Source: Candidatus Parcubacteria bacterium (GTDB lineage: Bacteria; Patescibacteriota; Patescibacteriia; Patescibacteriales; UBA12075). From it: a stretch of 64,000 nucleotides of DNA. Position 1 is the stretch's first letter, and every line of letters begins with the position of its first letter. The notes beneath the pieces were generated by a model, which ran no database searches, was not told the DNA's origin, and saw only the letters and a list, made by a program, of their open reading frames with translations. The stretch is taken from contig JAGLYP010000026.1 of NCBI GenBank assembly GCA_023132155.1, positions 1,741 to 65,740 on the forward strand. The letters are read 5' to 3'. A program made the translations under genes and the position numbers. Shown piece by piece: positions 27,527 through 35,589 of this stretch.

Positions 27527-29182
27527 ATGACGCAATTAATTTCAATTTTCGGTTTTTTAGCCGTATTAACAAGCTTGGTTTTGGGCGCCTATGTATATTT
27601 TGAAGACTTCAATGGCGCGAATATTTATTTATTTATATTTTTATTTATATTAAGTATAATTTTTTGTTTTTATATATTAACCGTTCGCAGAGTAATTGGA
27701 TTATCCACTTTGTTAAGACGGCTGTTTATCTTTTTATCTTCATTTTTAAGCGTTTTAATTTTCGCGGTATTATTAAAATTTTTAATAAATTCATTGCTAT
27801 TGTTAACCGGATTTTGGACGGAATTTATTGTTATAATGTCCGCGATTTTAATTTTTTCGTTTGTAAAAAATTTTTATTCATGGGTTGCGAAAACTTTTAT
27901 TTTTTCATACTATTATAATAGCCAAAATGTTATAGTTGAATTGAATAAAAGCTTAAAAAATACTTTAGATATTAATGAGATATATACAAAATTGTCTGAT
28001 TTGCTTTGTAAAACTTTTAGGGCAAAATCTTTTGCCGTGTTTAGCTGTGATGAAAATAATAATGATTTTTTTATAGTTTTCAACAAGGGCTTTGATATAA
28101 ATTTTAAAAATAAGAAAGCTATAGGCAGTATTTTGCGGAAAAATTGTTTCGCGAATAGCGAAGCTATGGTAATTGAAGATTTAATTAATTGCAGCAACAA
28201 AGATGATAAATTGATTAAATTTTTAATTAAATTAAGAGCTGGTTCGCTTGTGCCTATAAAAATAAAGCATAAGCTTGCCGGTTTTTTTGTTCTTGGCCTG
28301 AAAGATATCGGAAATATTTATGATAAAAAAGATTTACAAACTTTGGAAATAATCGGCGTTCAAGTTTCAATGGCAATTGAAAACGCCTTAATGCACCAAG
28401 AAACAAGGAATTTTAATAATAAACTTGAAGAGGAAGTGGCAAGGGCGACAAAAGAATTGCGTGAGGCTAATGAAAAGCTCATGAAATTGGATGAGGCGAA
28501 AAGCGAATTTATTTCAATCGCCTCTCATCAGCTAAGAACACCATTAACGGTTATCAAGGGATATGTTTCTATGATGATGGAAGGTAATTTCGGCAAACTT
28601 CCAAGAAGTATAATCGGTTCAATTAAAAAGGTTTATGACTCAAATGAAAGATTAATATTGTTGGTTGAAAATTTATTAAATATTTCCCGCATTGAATCGG
28701 GTAATTTGCAATTTAATTTAAAAGAAACCGATATAGAAGAATTGGCGATTAGCGTGATAGATGAACTGCAGGATACCGCGCGAAAGAAGAATAATGAATT
28801 AGTCTATAAGCCTTCTGCTAAAAAAATACCTTGCGCGATAGTTGATTCTGAAAAAATTCGCCATGTAATCTTAAATTATCTTGATAACGCGATTAAATAT
28901 TCTGAAAAAGGAGAAATTATTATAAGATTAAGGCAAGAAAACGATAAAATAATTTTTAGCGTAAGCGATTTTGGCATTGGATTTTCCAATGAAGAAATTA
29001 CAAATTTATTTAAAAAATTTTACCGTGGCTCCTTAACTCCGTTAATTCATACTGAGGGAACCGGACTAGGGCTGTATGTTGCCAAGCAAATGATAGAATC
29101 GCATAAAGGCAGAGTATGGGCGGAAAGCAAGGGCAAAGACAAGGGTGCGACATTTTATTTTTCTTTACCCTTGCCTAAATAG
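27527..29182 (+). CDS. membrane sensor histidine kinase (TM region + GAF-like + HisKA + HATPase_c)
   Basis: About 5 N-terminal TM helices. H-box 'EFISIASHQLRTPLT', N-box 'LNYLDNAIKYS' and G-boxes 'DFGIGF' and 'GTGLGLYVAKQMIESHKGRVWAES'. No adjacent response regulator. Confidence 0.85.
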   Translation: MTQLISIFGFLAVLTSLVLGAYVYFEDFNGANIYLFIFLFILSIIFCFYILTVRRVIGLSTLLRRLFIFLSSFLSVLIFAVLLKFLINSLLLLTGFWTEFIVIMSAILIFSFVKNFYSWVAKTFIFSYYYNSQNVIVELNKSLKNTLDINEIYTKLSDLLCKTFRAKSFAVFSCDENNNDFFIVFNKGFDINFKNKKAIGSILRKNCFANSEAMVIEDLINCSNKDDKLIKFLIKLRAGSLVPIKIKHKLAGFFVLGLKDIGNIYDKKDLQTLEIIGVQVSMAIENALMHQETRNFNNKLEEEVARATKELREANEKLMKLDEAKSEFISIASHQLRTPLTVIKGYVSMMMEGNFGKLPRSIIGSIKKVYDSNERLILLVENLLNISRIESGNLQFNLKETDIEELAISVIDELQDTARKKNNELVYKPSAKKIPCAIVDSEKIRHVILNYLDNAIKYSEKGEIIIRLRQENDKIIFSVSDFGIGFSNEEITNLFKKFYRGSLTPLIHTEGTGLGLYVAKQMIESHKGRVWAESKGKDKGATFYFSLPLPK

Positions 29183-29229
29183 CTGTTTTTAAGCTATTAT
29201 TGTATTATTAATTATTAAGTTTTATTTTT

Positions 29230-29406
29230 ATGGCAATTTCCGTAAACAAGGATACTTGCGTCGGCTGTGGCGCATGCGCGGCTTTATGCCCCGGTGTTTT
29301 TAAGATGGATGATGATGGCAAGGCATCCGCGATTAATCAAAAAGATTTAAATTGCGCTAAAGATGCCGGCGGAAGCTGTCCGGTTCAAGCAATTAAAGCT
29401 GAATAG
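29230..29406 (+). CDS. small 4Fe-4S ferredoxin
   Basis: 58 aa (below the ORF-track cutoff): 'MAISVNKDTCVGCGACAALCPGVF...GGSCPVQAIKAE', with a CxxCxxC...CP cluster motif. Confidence 0.75.
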   Translation: MAISVNKDTCVGCGACAALCPGVFKMDDDGKASAINQKDLNCAKDAGGSCPVQAIKAE

Positions 29407-29416
29407 CATGTTAAAT

Positions 29417-29460
29417 AAAAAAACAATTTTTCGTTTTTAAAAGATTGTTTTTTTGTTTTT
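29417..29460 (+). terminator. AU-rich hairpin plus T-run (possible terminator)
   Basis: AAAAAAACAAT at 29417-29427 pairs with ATTGTTTTTTT at 29444-29454. The stem is GC-poor. Confidence 0.35.
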
Positions 29461-29470
29461 GGTTCTTTAT

Positions 29471-29601
29471 TGTCATTGCGAGCGCTTTTAATTTGTCATT
29501 GCGAGCTCGCGAAGCAATCCCGTACCACAGAACATCGTGCGTGGATTTGTAACGGATAGCGCAAATACCGCGGGATTGCTTCGCTAGCGCTCGCAATGAC
29601 A
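29471..29601. repeat. TGTCATTGCGAGC-type long hairpin element abutting the uvrC start
   Basis: tgtcattgcgagcTCgcgaagcaatcccg (29494-29522) is complementary to cgggattgcttcgcTAGCgctcgcaatgaca (29571-29601), with a 48-nt loop. An extra partial direct copy tgtcattgcgagcgc lies at 29471-29485. Confidence 0.75.
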
Positions 29602-29608
29602 GAATAAT

Positions 29609-30937
29609 ATGGATATAAAAAAAATAAAAGTCTCGCAAAGCCCCGGTGTTTATTATTTTTTAAATAAACAAGGAAAAATAATTTATATCGGGAAAGCGGC
29701 GAATTTGAAAAGCCGCGTGTTTTCGTATTGGCGCAAAAGCGCCGGTTTGAGCGGCGCCAAACAGGAAATGATGAGGCAAATCGCGGATATTAAGTGTGTT
29801 GAAACCGATTCGGAAATAGAAGCTTTGCTTTTAGAGTCAAATTTAATAAAAAAGCATCAGCCGAAATATAATATTGATTTAAGAGATGATAAACGCTTTG
29901 TTTATATCAAAATTTCAACAGAAGATGAAATCCCCGGGGTTTTTATTACCAGAAAAATCGAAAAGCAAGGAAAGTATTTTGGTCCTTTTATATCTGTGTT
30001 TGCCGTAAAAGATGCGTTAAAAGCAATTAGAAAAATATGGCCGTATTGTACAGAGCGAAAAATTAAAAATAAGCCTTGTTTTTACGCGCAAATCGGGCGT
30101 TGTGTCGGGGTTTGCGGCGGTAATTTTGATTTAAACGAATACAAAGAAAAAATTATTAAGCCGATTGTGATGTTTTTGGGTGGGAAGAAAAATGTGATAA
30201 TTAAGAATTATGAATTAAGAATTAATAATTTAGAGAAGAAATTAATAAATAATAAAAATGATGAGAAAATTTTGGAAGAGATTACGCGATTAAAGCGGAA
30301 ATTATTGAATTTAAAGTATATATTGGCGTGCGCGAATGTTATTGGAATTTCTGAAAAGTACGCGGCTGATGTGTTTGAGTTGGCTAAAGTTTTGGGTTTG
30401 CCTAAAGTGCCTGAGCGGATAGAAGGGTATGATATATCCAATATTTTCGGGCGTGAAGCGGTTGGGTCAATGGTGGTTTTTTCCAATGGCGAACCTGATA
30501 AAAGAGGTTATCGCAAGTTTAAAATAAAAGTTGGCAGTGAAATGGGGGATACGGGGATGTTGAAGGAGGTATTGGAAAGGAGATTGAAGTATGCAGTAAA
30601 TAATGGCTTGCGCTCCGAAGCTTCAGCGAAGGAGTGGCCTAGTCCCGATTTAATTATTATTGACGGCGGAAAGGGACAGCTTAATTTGGCGGTGAGATTA
30701 TTAAAAAAAGAAAAATTGGGTATTCCTGTGATAGCCGTGTCAAAAGGCAAGGGGTTAAGGGGCGCGAACGCGCTTGATAAGATATTTTTTCCGGGAGAAA
30801 AAAAGCCGCTTGAATTACCATTGGCTTCACCTGCTTTGCATATTATAAAACGTGTTCGCGATGAAGCGCATCGTTTCGCGATTAAATATCATCGGGAGTT
30901 GAGGAGGAAAAGTTTTGTGAAAAGTGCAAGAAACTAA
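29609..30937 (+). CDS. uvrC: excinuclease ABC subunit C, short form lacking the C-terminal (HhH)2 domain
   Basis: GIY-YIG 'GVYYFLNKQGKIIYIGKAANLKSRVFSYW' and 'IKKHQPKYN'. The endonuclease region carries 'IEGYDISN', 'PDLIIIDGGKGQL' and 'RVRDEAHRFAIKYHR'. The protein ends 13 aa later at 442 aa, versus ~600 typical. Confidence 0.85.
   Translation: MDIKKIKVSQSPGVYYFLNKQGKIIYIGKAANLKSRVFSYWRKSAGLSGAKQEMMRQIADIKCVETDSEIEALLLESNLIKKHQPKYNIDLRDDKRFVYIKISTEDEIPGVFITRKIEKQGKYFGPFISVFAVKDALKAIRKIWPYCTERKIKNKPCFYAQIGRCVGVCGGNFDLNEYKEKIIKPIVMFLGGKKNVIIKNYELRINNLEKKLINNKNDEKILEEITRLKRKLLNLKYILACANVIGISEKYAADVFELAKVLGLPKVPERIEGYDISNIFGREAVGSMVVFSNGEPDKRGYRKFKIKVGSEMGDTGMLKEVLERRLKYAVNNGLRSEASAKEWPSPDLIIIDGGKGQLNLAVRLLKKEKLGIPVIAVSKGKGLRGANALDKIFFPGEKKPLELPLASPALHIIKRVRDEAHRFAIKYHRELRRKSFVKSARN
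30197..30231 (+). repeat. in-frame NNAATTA heptamer array inside uvrC
   Basis: ATAATTA AGAATTA TGAATTA AGAATTA ATAATTT encodes 'IIKNYELRINNL'. Confidence 0.8.
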
Positions 30938-31024
30938 GTACATACGATTTTTTTGTTATCCGTAGGAACAGGGCAGTACCCTGTTCCTACGGATAACAAA
31001 AAAATCGTAGGTACTTAGTTTCTT
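30928..31024. terminator. 97-nt palindrome (30-bp perfect core stem); bidirectional terminator between convergent uvrC and uvrB
   Basis: acgatttttttgttatccgtaggaacaggg (30944-30973) is the exact reverse complement of 30979-31008. The outer arms aagaaactaagtac (30928-30941) and gtacttagtttctt (31011-31024) include the last two codons and the stop of both genes. Confidence 0.85.
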
Positions 31025-32820
31025 TTAATTGTCCGCGGCGTGATGCCGTGTTTTTTATTATAAGCAATTTGCATTTTTCTGCGCCTTTTAGTTTCGTTTA
31101 CAGCATAAGTAATTGCTGGAGTGATTTTATCGCCGTACATAATAACTCTGCCTTCAACGTGGCGGGAGGTGCGTCCCATTGTTTGCATAAGCGAGGTTTC
31201 ATTTCTTAAAAAGCCGGACATGTCAGCGTCAAGAATCGCGACCAACGATACTTCCGGCAAATCCAGACCTTCGCGCAGAAGATTGATTCCCACCAGCACA
31301 TCGTATTTGCCAAGTCTTAAGTCCCTGAGAATATCAACACGCTCCAAGGTTTTTATTTCCGAGTGCAGATATTGGACTTTGATTTTTTCTTCTGCCAAGT
31401 ATTCTGCCAGTTCTTCAGCCATTCTTTTAGTTAAAGTTGTTACCAATACCCGCTGTTTTTTAATAACTGTTTTTTTTATCTCTTTTAGCAAATCCGGAAT
31501 CTGCCCGGTGCTTGGACGAACCATAACTTCCGGATCCAAAAGGCCTGTCGGTCGGATAATTTGTTCAACGACTTGTTTTGATTTGCGTATTTCATAGTCT
31601 TTTGGCGTGGCGGAAACATAAATTACTTGATTGATTTTAGAATTAAATTCTTTAAAATTTAATGGGCGATTGTCTTTGGCGCTTGGGAGCCGGAAGCCGA
31701 AATCAATTAAAGTTTGTTTGCGGGATTGGTCGCCCGCGTACATGCCGCGAATTTGCGGAATACTAACGTGCGACTCATCAATAAATAATAAAAAATCTTT
31801 TGGAAAAAAATTCATAAGAGTGGATGGCGGTTTTCCCGGATTGCGGTTGCTTAAATGCCGCGAGTAATTTTCTATGCCATTACAATAGCCGATTTGTTCA
31901 ATCATTTCCAAGTCAAAATTTGTTTTTCGCTCCAAACGGTACGCTTCTACTTGTTTATTTTGTTTGCTTAATTCATTTAAACGTTTTTTAAGCTCCAGCC
32001 GGATATTTGTTAAAGCTTTTTCCATTCGGTCTTTAGGAGTCATAAAATGTTTAGCAGGCAGAATATTTATACTGTCCAGTTTTATCGCCTGCTTGTTTCT
32101 TAAGTCTTTTGCCCAAACCGGTTCAGTAGCGCCGGGTTTAACATTGAAAATATAAATATTTTCAATTTTATCGCCATACATTTCAATTCTTACAACCGAT
32201 TCGCCGGTAGATAAATGAATATCAATCATGCCGCCATTAACCCTGAATTGTCCTCTGTAAAACGCGGTATCGTTTCTTTCATATTGAATGCCGACCATCT
32301 GCCGCAAGAGTTCGTTTCTTTTTATTTTTTGCTTAACGCTGAAAATCCGCCCTAAATTTTCATAATCTTTTTTTTCTCCCAAACCGTAAATGCAGGAAAC
32401 GCTAGCCACTATAATTACATCCTTACGATTAATTAATGATTGCGTTGAGGCATGCCGCAGGCGGTCTATTTCTTCGTTAATTGTCGCTTCTTTTTCAATA
32501 TAAGTATCAGTTTGCGGAATATAGGCTTCCGGCTGGTAATAATCGTAATAAGACACAAAATAATGCACTGCCGCTTGAGGAAAAAATTGCTTAAATTCTC
32601 CGTATAGCTGCGCCGCCAAGGTTTTATTATGGGACATAATTAATGTCGGTTTTTGCGTTTTTTCTATGATATTAGCCATAGTAAAAGTTTTGCCGCTTCC
32701 GGTAACGCCAAGCAATGTTTGGTTTTTTTTGCCGGCCTTTAAGCCGGCTGTTAATTTTTTAATCGCAATCGGCTGATCACCGGCCGGCTTGTATTTTGAA
32801 TGAAGTTTAAATAAGCTCAT
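31015..32820 (-). CDS. uvrB: excinuclease ABC subunit B, short form lacking the C-terminal UVR domain
   Basis: '[15 protein letters not shown]', Walker A '[10 protein letters not shown]', and helicase motifs 'DESH' and 'QTMGRTSRH'. It ends at '...[15 protein letters not shown]' (601 aa), just after helicase domain 3. Confidence 0.9.
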   Translation of the reverse strand: MSLFKLHSKYKPAGDQPIAIKKLTAGLKAGKKNQTLLGVTGSGKTFTMANIIEKTQKPTLIMSHNKTLAAQLYGEFKQFFPQAAVHYFVSYYDYYQPEAYIPQTDTYIEKEATINEEIDRLRHASTQSLINRKDVIIVASVSCIYGLGEKKDYENLGRIFSVKQKIKRNELLRQMVGIQYERNDTAFYRGQFRVNGGMIDIHLSTGESVVRIEMYGDKIENIYIFNVKPGATEPVWAKDLRNKQAIKLDSINILPAKHFMTPKDRMEKALTNIRLELKKRLNELSKQNKQVEAYRLERKTNFDLEMIEQIGYCNGIENYSRHLSNRNPGKPPSTLMNFFPKDFLLFIDESHVSIPQIRGMYAGDQSRKQTLIDFGFRLPSAKDNRPLNFKEFNSKINQVIYVSATPKDYEIRKSKQVVEQIIRPTGLLDPEVMVRPSTGQIPDLLKEIKKTVIKKQRVLVTTLTKRMAEELAEYLAEEKIKVQYLHSEIKTLERVDILRDLRLGKYDVLVGINLLREGLDLPEVSLVAILDADMSGFLRNETSLMQTMGRTSRHVEGRVIMYGDKITPAITYAVNETKRRRKMQIAYNKKHGITPRTIKRN

Positions 32821-32886
32821 GTGTTATTTATAGCAGTAATTGTTGGAAAGATAAAGGATTGGAAAATTTTATTTTACAATAGTTTG

Positions 32887-32895
32887 TGATATAAT
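32887..32895 (+). promoter_or_regulatory. extended -10 promoter element (TGATATAAT)
   Basis: TGnTATAAT lies ~75 nt upstream of the 32971 ATG. Confidence 0.4.
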
Positions 32896-32970
32896 ATTTA
32901 TATGACAATGGAAAGTAATAGCAAAAAGTGTAATGCTCAAATTCACAAAATTGTTTAAAGAGATAAAAGT

Positions 32971-33843
32971 ATGACTTATAAAATTAAATTTCGTTTAAAT
33001 GACATACAAAGCGATTCAAATGATCCTTGGGAGTTGCATTTTGGGATTGAAAAAGAGAATGAAAATATCAAAAAACAGCTTAAAAAAGATTTCACTTTTA
33101 AATTAAATAATGACTGGATTGTTTCAGCTAATAAAACAAAATTTAGAGGGCGTCCTTATTGGTTTATAAGAGGATCAATTGATTATGTGAGTGGCAATAA
33201 AAAATATTATAAAAAAGAATCAAAAACTTTTTATCATAAAAAATATTTTAATAAAGAATTAATTGAGAACTGCCCGCAAATAAAAGAAAAAAATTATGAA
33301 GGTGAATTTGATATGAACAAAAAAATTATGACAATAAGGAATCCAATTTTAGAAGATTTGATAAAATATAAACTCAATATTATCTTTTGCGGAATGGCAG
33401 CAGGAAAAATTTCAGCTGAAGTTGGCGGTTATTACACTAAGAGTAATAATAAATTTTGGGGCATATTACATGAATTAGGACTTACTACAAAAAATAGAAA
33501 ATTGAGATGCTGTGAATATAAAGAGTTGCTAGATTTTAATATAGGTTTAACCGATTTAGTAAAAGATCAAATTGGTGGTGACAATAATGTTAATGTTACC
33601 GAACATGACTATCATCTTTTAAGGAAAAAAATAATTGAACATAGACCTAAAATATTGGCATTTAATGGTAAAAAATCAGCAAAAAAATTTTTTCATAAAA
33701 GAGAAATTGATTACGGAAAAATTAATAATATCGGACAAACCTCTATTTGGGTTTTAGAATCAACTTCACCCGCCGCAAATAGATGGTGGAATAATGGAAA
33801 ACATTGGAAACAGTTAGCGCAAAAAAATAAAAAAATATATTAA
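32971..33843 (+). CDS. MUG/TDG-like (family 2) uracil-DNA glycosylase with ~120-aa N-terminal extension of unknown function
   Basis: The C-terminal 170 aa aligns by eye with E. coli Mug: 'LNIIFCGMAAGKISAEVGGYYTKSNNKFWGILHELGLT' against '[38 protein letters not shown]'. 'IGLTDLVKD', 'PKILAFNGKKSA' and 'TSIWVLESTSPAANRW' also match. The N-terminal 120 aa are K/N-rich and unrecognised. Confidence 0.65.
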   Translation: MTYKIKFRLNDIQSDSNDPWELHFGIEKENENIKKQLKKDFTFKLNNDWIVSANKTKFRGRPYWFIRGSIDYVSGNKKYYKKESKTFYHKKYFNKELIENCPQIKEKNYEGEFDMNKKIMTIRNPILEDLIKYKLNIIFCGMAAGKISAEVGGYYTKSNNKFWGILHELGLTTKNRKLRCCEYKELLDFNIGLTDLVKDQIGGDNNVNVTEHDYHLLRKKIIEHRPKILAFNGKKSAKKFFHKREIDYGKINNIGQTSIWVLESTSPAANRWWNNGKHWKQLAQKNKKIY

Positions 33844-33866
33844 CTAAAAATTTTAATCAAAACAAA

Positions 33867-34034
33867 ATGGAATTTAGTTTTTCTACATTTTTATTTATTA
33901 TTTTTGCAACATTTTGCGAACAAATTATTATCAACAGAGCGAATGGCGTGAATAAAATAAAGATTTTTACTAAGAAAAAAGGTGTTATTTATGATTTTAT
34001 AAATGGCAATCATCATTATACTAATAAAGATTAA
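33867..34034 (+). CDS. possible small hydrophobic-N-terminus peptide (55 aa)
   Basis: ATG ORF 'MEFSFSTFLFIIFATFCEQIII...' has no clear RBS and lies below the ORF-track cutoff. Confidence 0.2.
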   Translation: MEFSFSTFLFIIFATFCEQIIINRANGVNKIKIFTKKKGVIYDFINGNHHYTNKD

Positions 34035-34066
34035 TTATTGTGCGTATATAAAGAAGATGTATTTTT

Positions 34067-34099
34067 TCAACGAATTAGTAAACATCTATAATAATGACA
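34067..34099 (+). repeat. solo copy of the right-end motif of the 22415-22750 element
   Basis: TCAACGAATTAGTAAACATCTATAATAATGACA compared with TCAACGAATTGTTAACATCTATAAGAATGACA at 22708-22739. Confidence 0.7.
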
Positions 34100-34103
34100 A
34101 AGC

Positions 34104-34132
34104 AAAAAACAGGATTCTGATTCTGTTTTTTT
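34104..34132 (+). terminator. hairpin plus T-run terminator
   Basis: AAAAAACAG-[10 nt]-CTGTTTTTT. Confidence 0.5.
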
Positions 34133-34159
34133 GACCCCCTTAATATTCTATGATATAAT
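34131..34159 (+). promoter_or_regulatory. strong sigma70-type promoter of the abiE operon
   Basis: TTGACC, a 17-nt spacer, then TATAAT with an extended TGA (TGATATAAT). Confidence 0.65.
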
Positions 34160-34192
34160 ATATTTTATAATATTATTAAAAATGATAAGAAA

Positions 34193-34798
34193 ATGAAATA
34201 TATAGATTTGATAAATAAAGTGCCTGATCCGATATTTAGCATTCAAGATTTAGCTTTAATGGGAATAAAAATATATCCTTATCAACTTTCCCTTTGGTCG
34301 CAAAAAAAATATATTCAGAAACTTAAAAACGGGCTTTACGCAATTAGTGAACGGGCAAAAAGTTTAAAAATGGAAACAATTGCCTTTAATTTGTATCAGC
34401 CAAGTTATATTAGCTTGGAATGGGCGCTTTTTAAATACGGGTTAATTCCCGAAATCGTGTTTAATCCGACTTCGGTTACCGCTAAAACTACCAGAGTTTT
34501 TAAAAATAATTTTGGCTTGTTTTCTTATCGCCACTTAAAAAAAGAATTGTTTTTCGGTTATAGAAAAATTAATGAAAACGGACAGATTTATTTAATTGCC
34601 GAACCGGAAAAAGCGCTTTTGGATTATTTATATTTAAATTCGCCAAAAATTAAAACGCAAGAAGATATTAAAGAATTAAGATTCAATGAAATTGAAATAA
34701 AAAAACTTAATAAGACAAAATTACGAAAATATACAGAAATGGCAAATAATAAAAATTTGCAAAAATTAATTTATAACATAACAAATGTTAACTTTTGA
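34193..34798 (+). CDS. abiEi: AbiEi-like antitoxin / transcriptional regulator (type IV TA)
   Basis: 201 aa located immediately upstream of, and overlapping by 14 nt, an AbiEii-type nucleotidyltransferase. The N-terminus resembles the AbiEi_4-type wHTH ('FSIQDLALMGIKIYPYQLSLWSQKKYIQKLKNGLYAI'). Confidence 0.65.
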   Translation: MKYIDLINKVPDPIFSIQDLALMGIKIYPYQLSLWSQKKYIQKLKNGLYAISERAKSLKMETIAFNLYQPSYISLEWALFKYGLIPEIVFNPTSVTAKTTRVFKNNFGLFSYRHLKKELFFGYRKINENGQIYLIAEPEKALLDYLYLNSPKIKTQEDIKELRFNEIEIKKLNKTKLRKYTEMANNKNLQKLIYNITNVNF

Positions 34799-35561
34799 AC
34801 AAATAAAAAACGAATATGCGCGAGAAACAATTCAGCGAAATCCCAAGGCGATTTTAGTTGAATATCTTCAGTATGAACTTTTAGATTCGCTATATAAACA
34901 AAAAAATAGCGAGCGCTTGAGTTTTATGGGCGGTACTGCAATTAGAATTGTGTATGGCAGCCAAAGATTTTCCGAAGATTTGGATTTTGATAATTTTGGT
35001 TTGAGTTATCGGGATTTTGAACAGATTTTAGAAAAAGTAATGGCGGATATGAAAAATAAGGGTTTTGAGATTGAGTTTAGATTATTAAAAAAAGGCGCTT
35101 ATCATTGCTATATAAAATTTCCAAAACTGCTTTTTGAAAATAATTTATCTGACCATCAAGATGAAAAGATTTTGGTGCGGATAGATACGGTTTTAAAAAA
35201 ACAATTCAATAAACCAAAGAATTTTATTTTAAACGGATTTGGAGTTTATAGAAAAATTTTGGTTAATTCAGAGGAAGTGATTTTATCTCAAAAAATAATA
35301 GCAATCATAGAAAGAAAACGAAGCAAAGGGCGCGATTATTATGATGTTTCCTACTTACTTGGAAAAGTTAATCCAGATTTTGGTTATCTTGAAACTGTTT
35401 TGGGAATTAAAGAAAAAGGCGCGATTAAAAATAAATTGATTGAAGTGGCAGACAAAAATAATTTAAACGATTTAGCCAAAGATGTCAGTCCGTTTTTAAT
35501 TGACAAAAACGGTTCGGATAGGGTTATCGGTTTTAAAGAATATATTGAACAGAGGATGTAA
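34785..35561 (+). CDS. abiEii: AbiEii/AbiGii-family nucleotidyltransferase toxin (DUF1814)
   Basis: 'FMGGTAIRIVYGSQRFSEDLDFD' is the nucleotidyltransferase G..A/DLD motif typical of AbiEii. '...RSKGRDYYDV' is a C-terminal conserved motif. Confidence 0.75.
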   Translation: MLTFEQIKNEYARETIQRNPKAILVEYLQYELLDSLYKQKNSERLSFMGGTAIRIVYGSQRFSEDLDFDNFGLSYRDFEQILEKVMADMKNKGFEIEFRLLKKGAYHCYIKFPKLLFENNLSDHQDEKILVRIDTVLKKQFNKPKNFILNGFGVYRKILVNSEEVILSQKIIAIIERKRSKGRDYYDVSYLLGKVNPDFGYLETVLGIKEKGAIKNKLIEVADKNNLNDLAKDVSPFLIDKNGSDRVIGFKEYIEQRM

Positions 35562-35589
35562 ATAAATTAAAATATTAAAAAGATATCCA

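Noticed and set aside
29411-29638. 75-aa - strand ORF upstream of uvrC
   Set aside because: It spans the TGTCATTGCGAGC hairpin element and a terminator-like hairpin. It is a repeat translation, not a gene.
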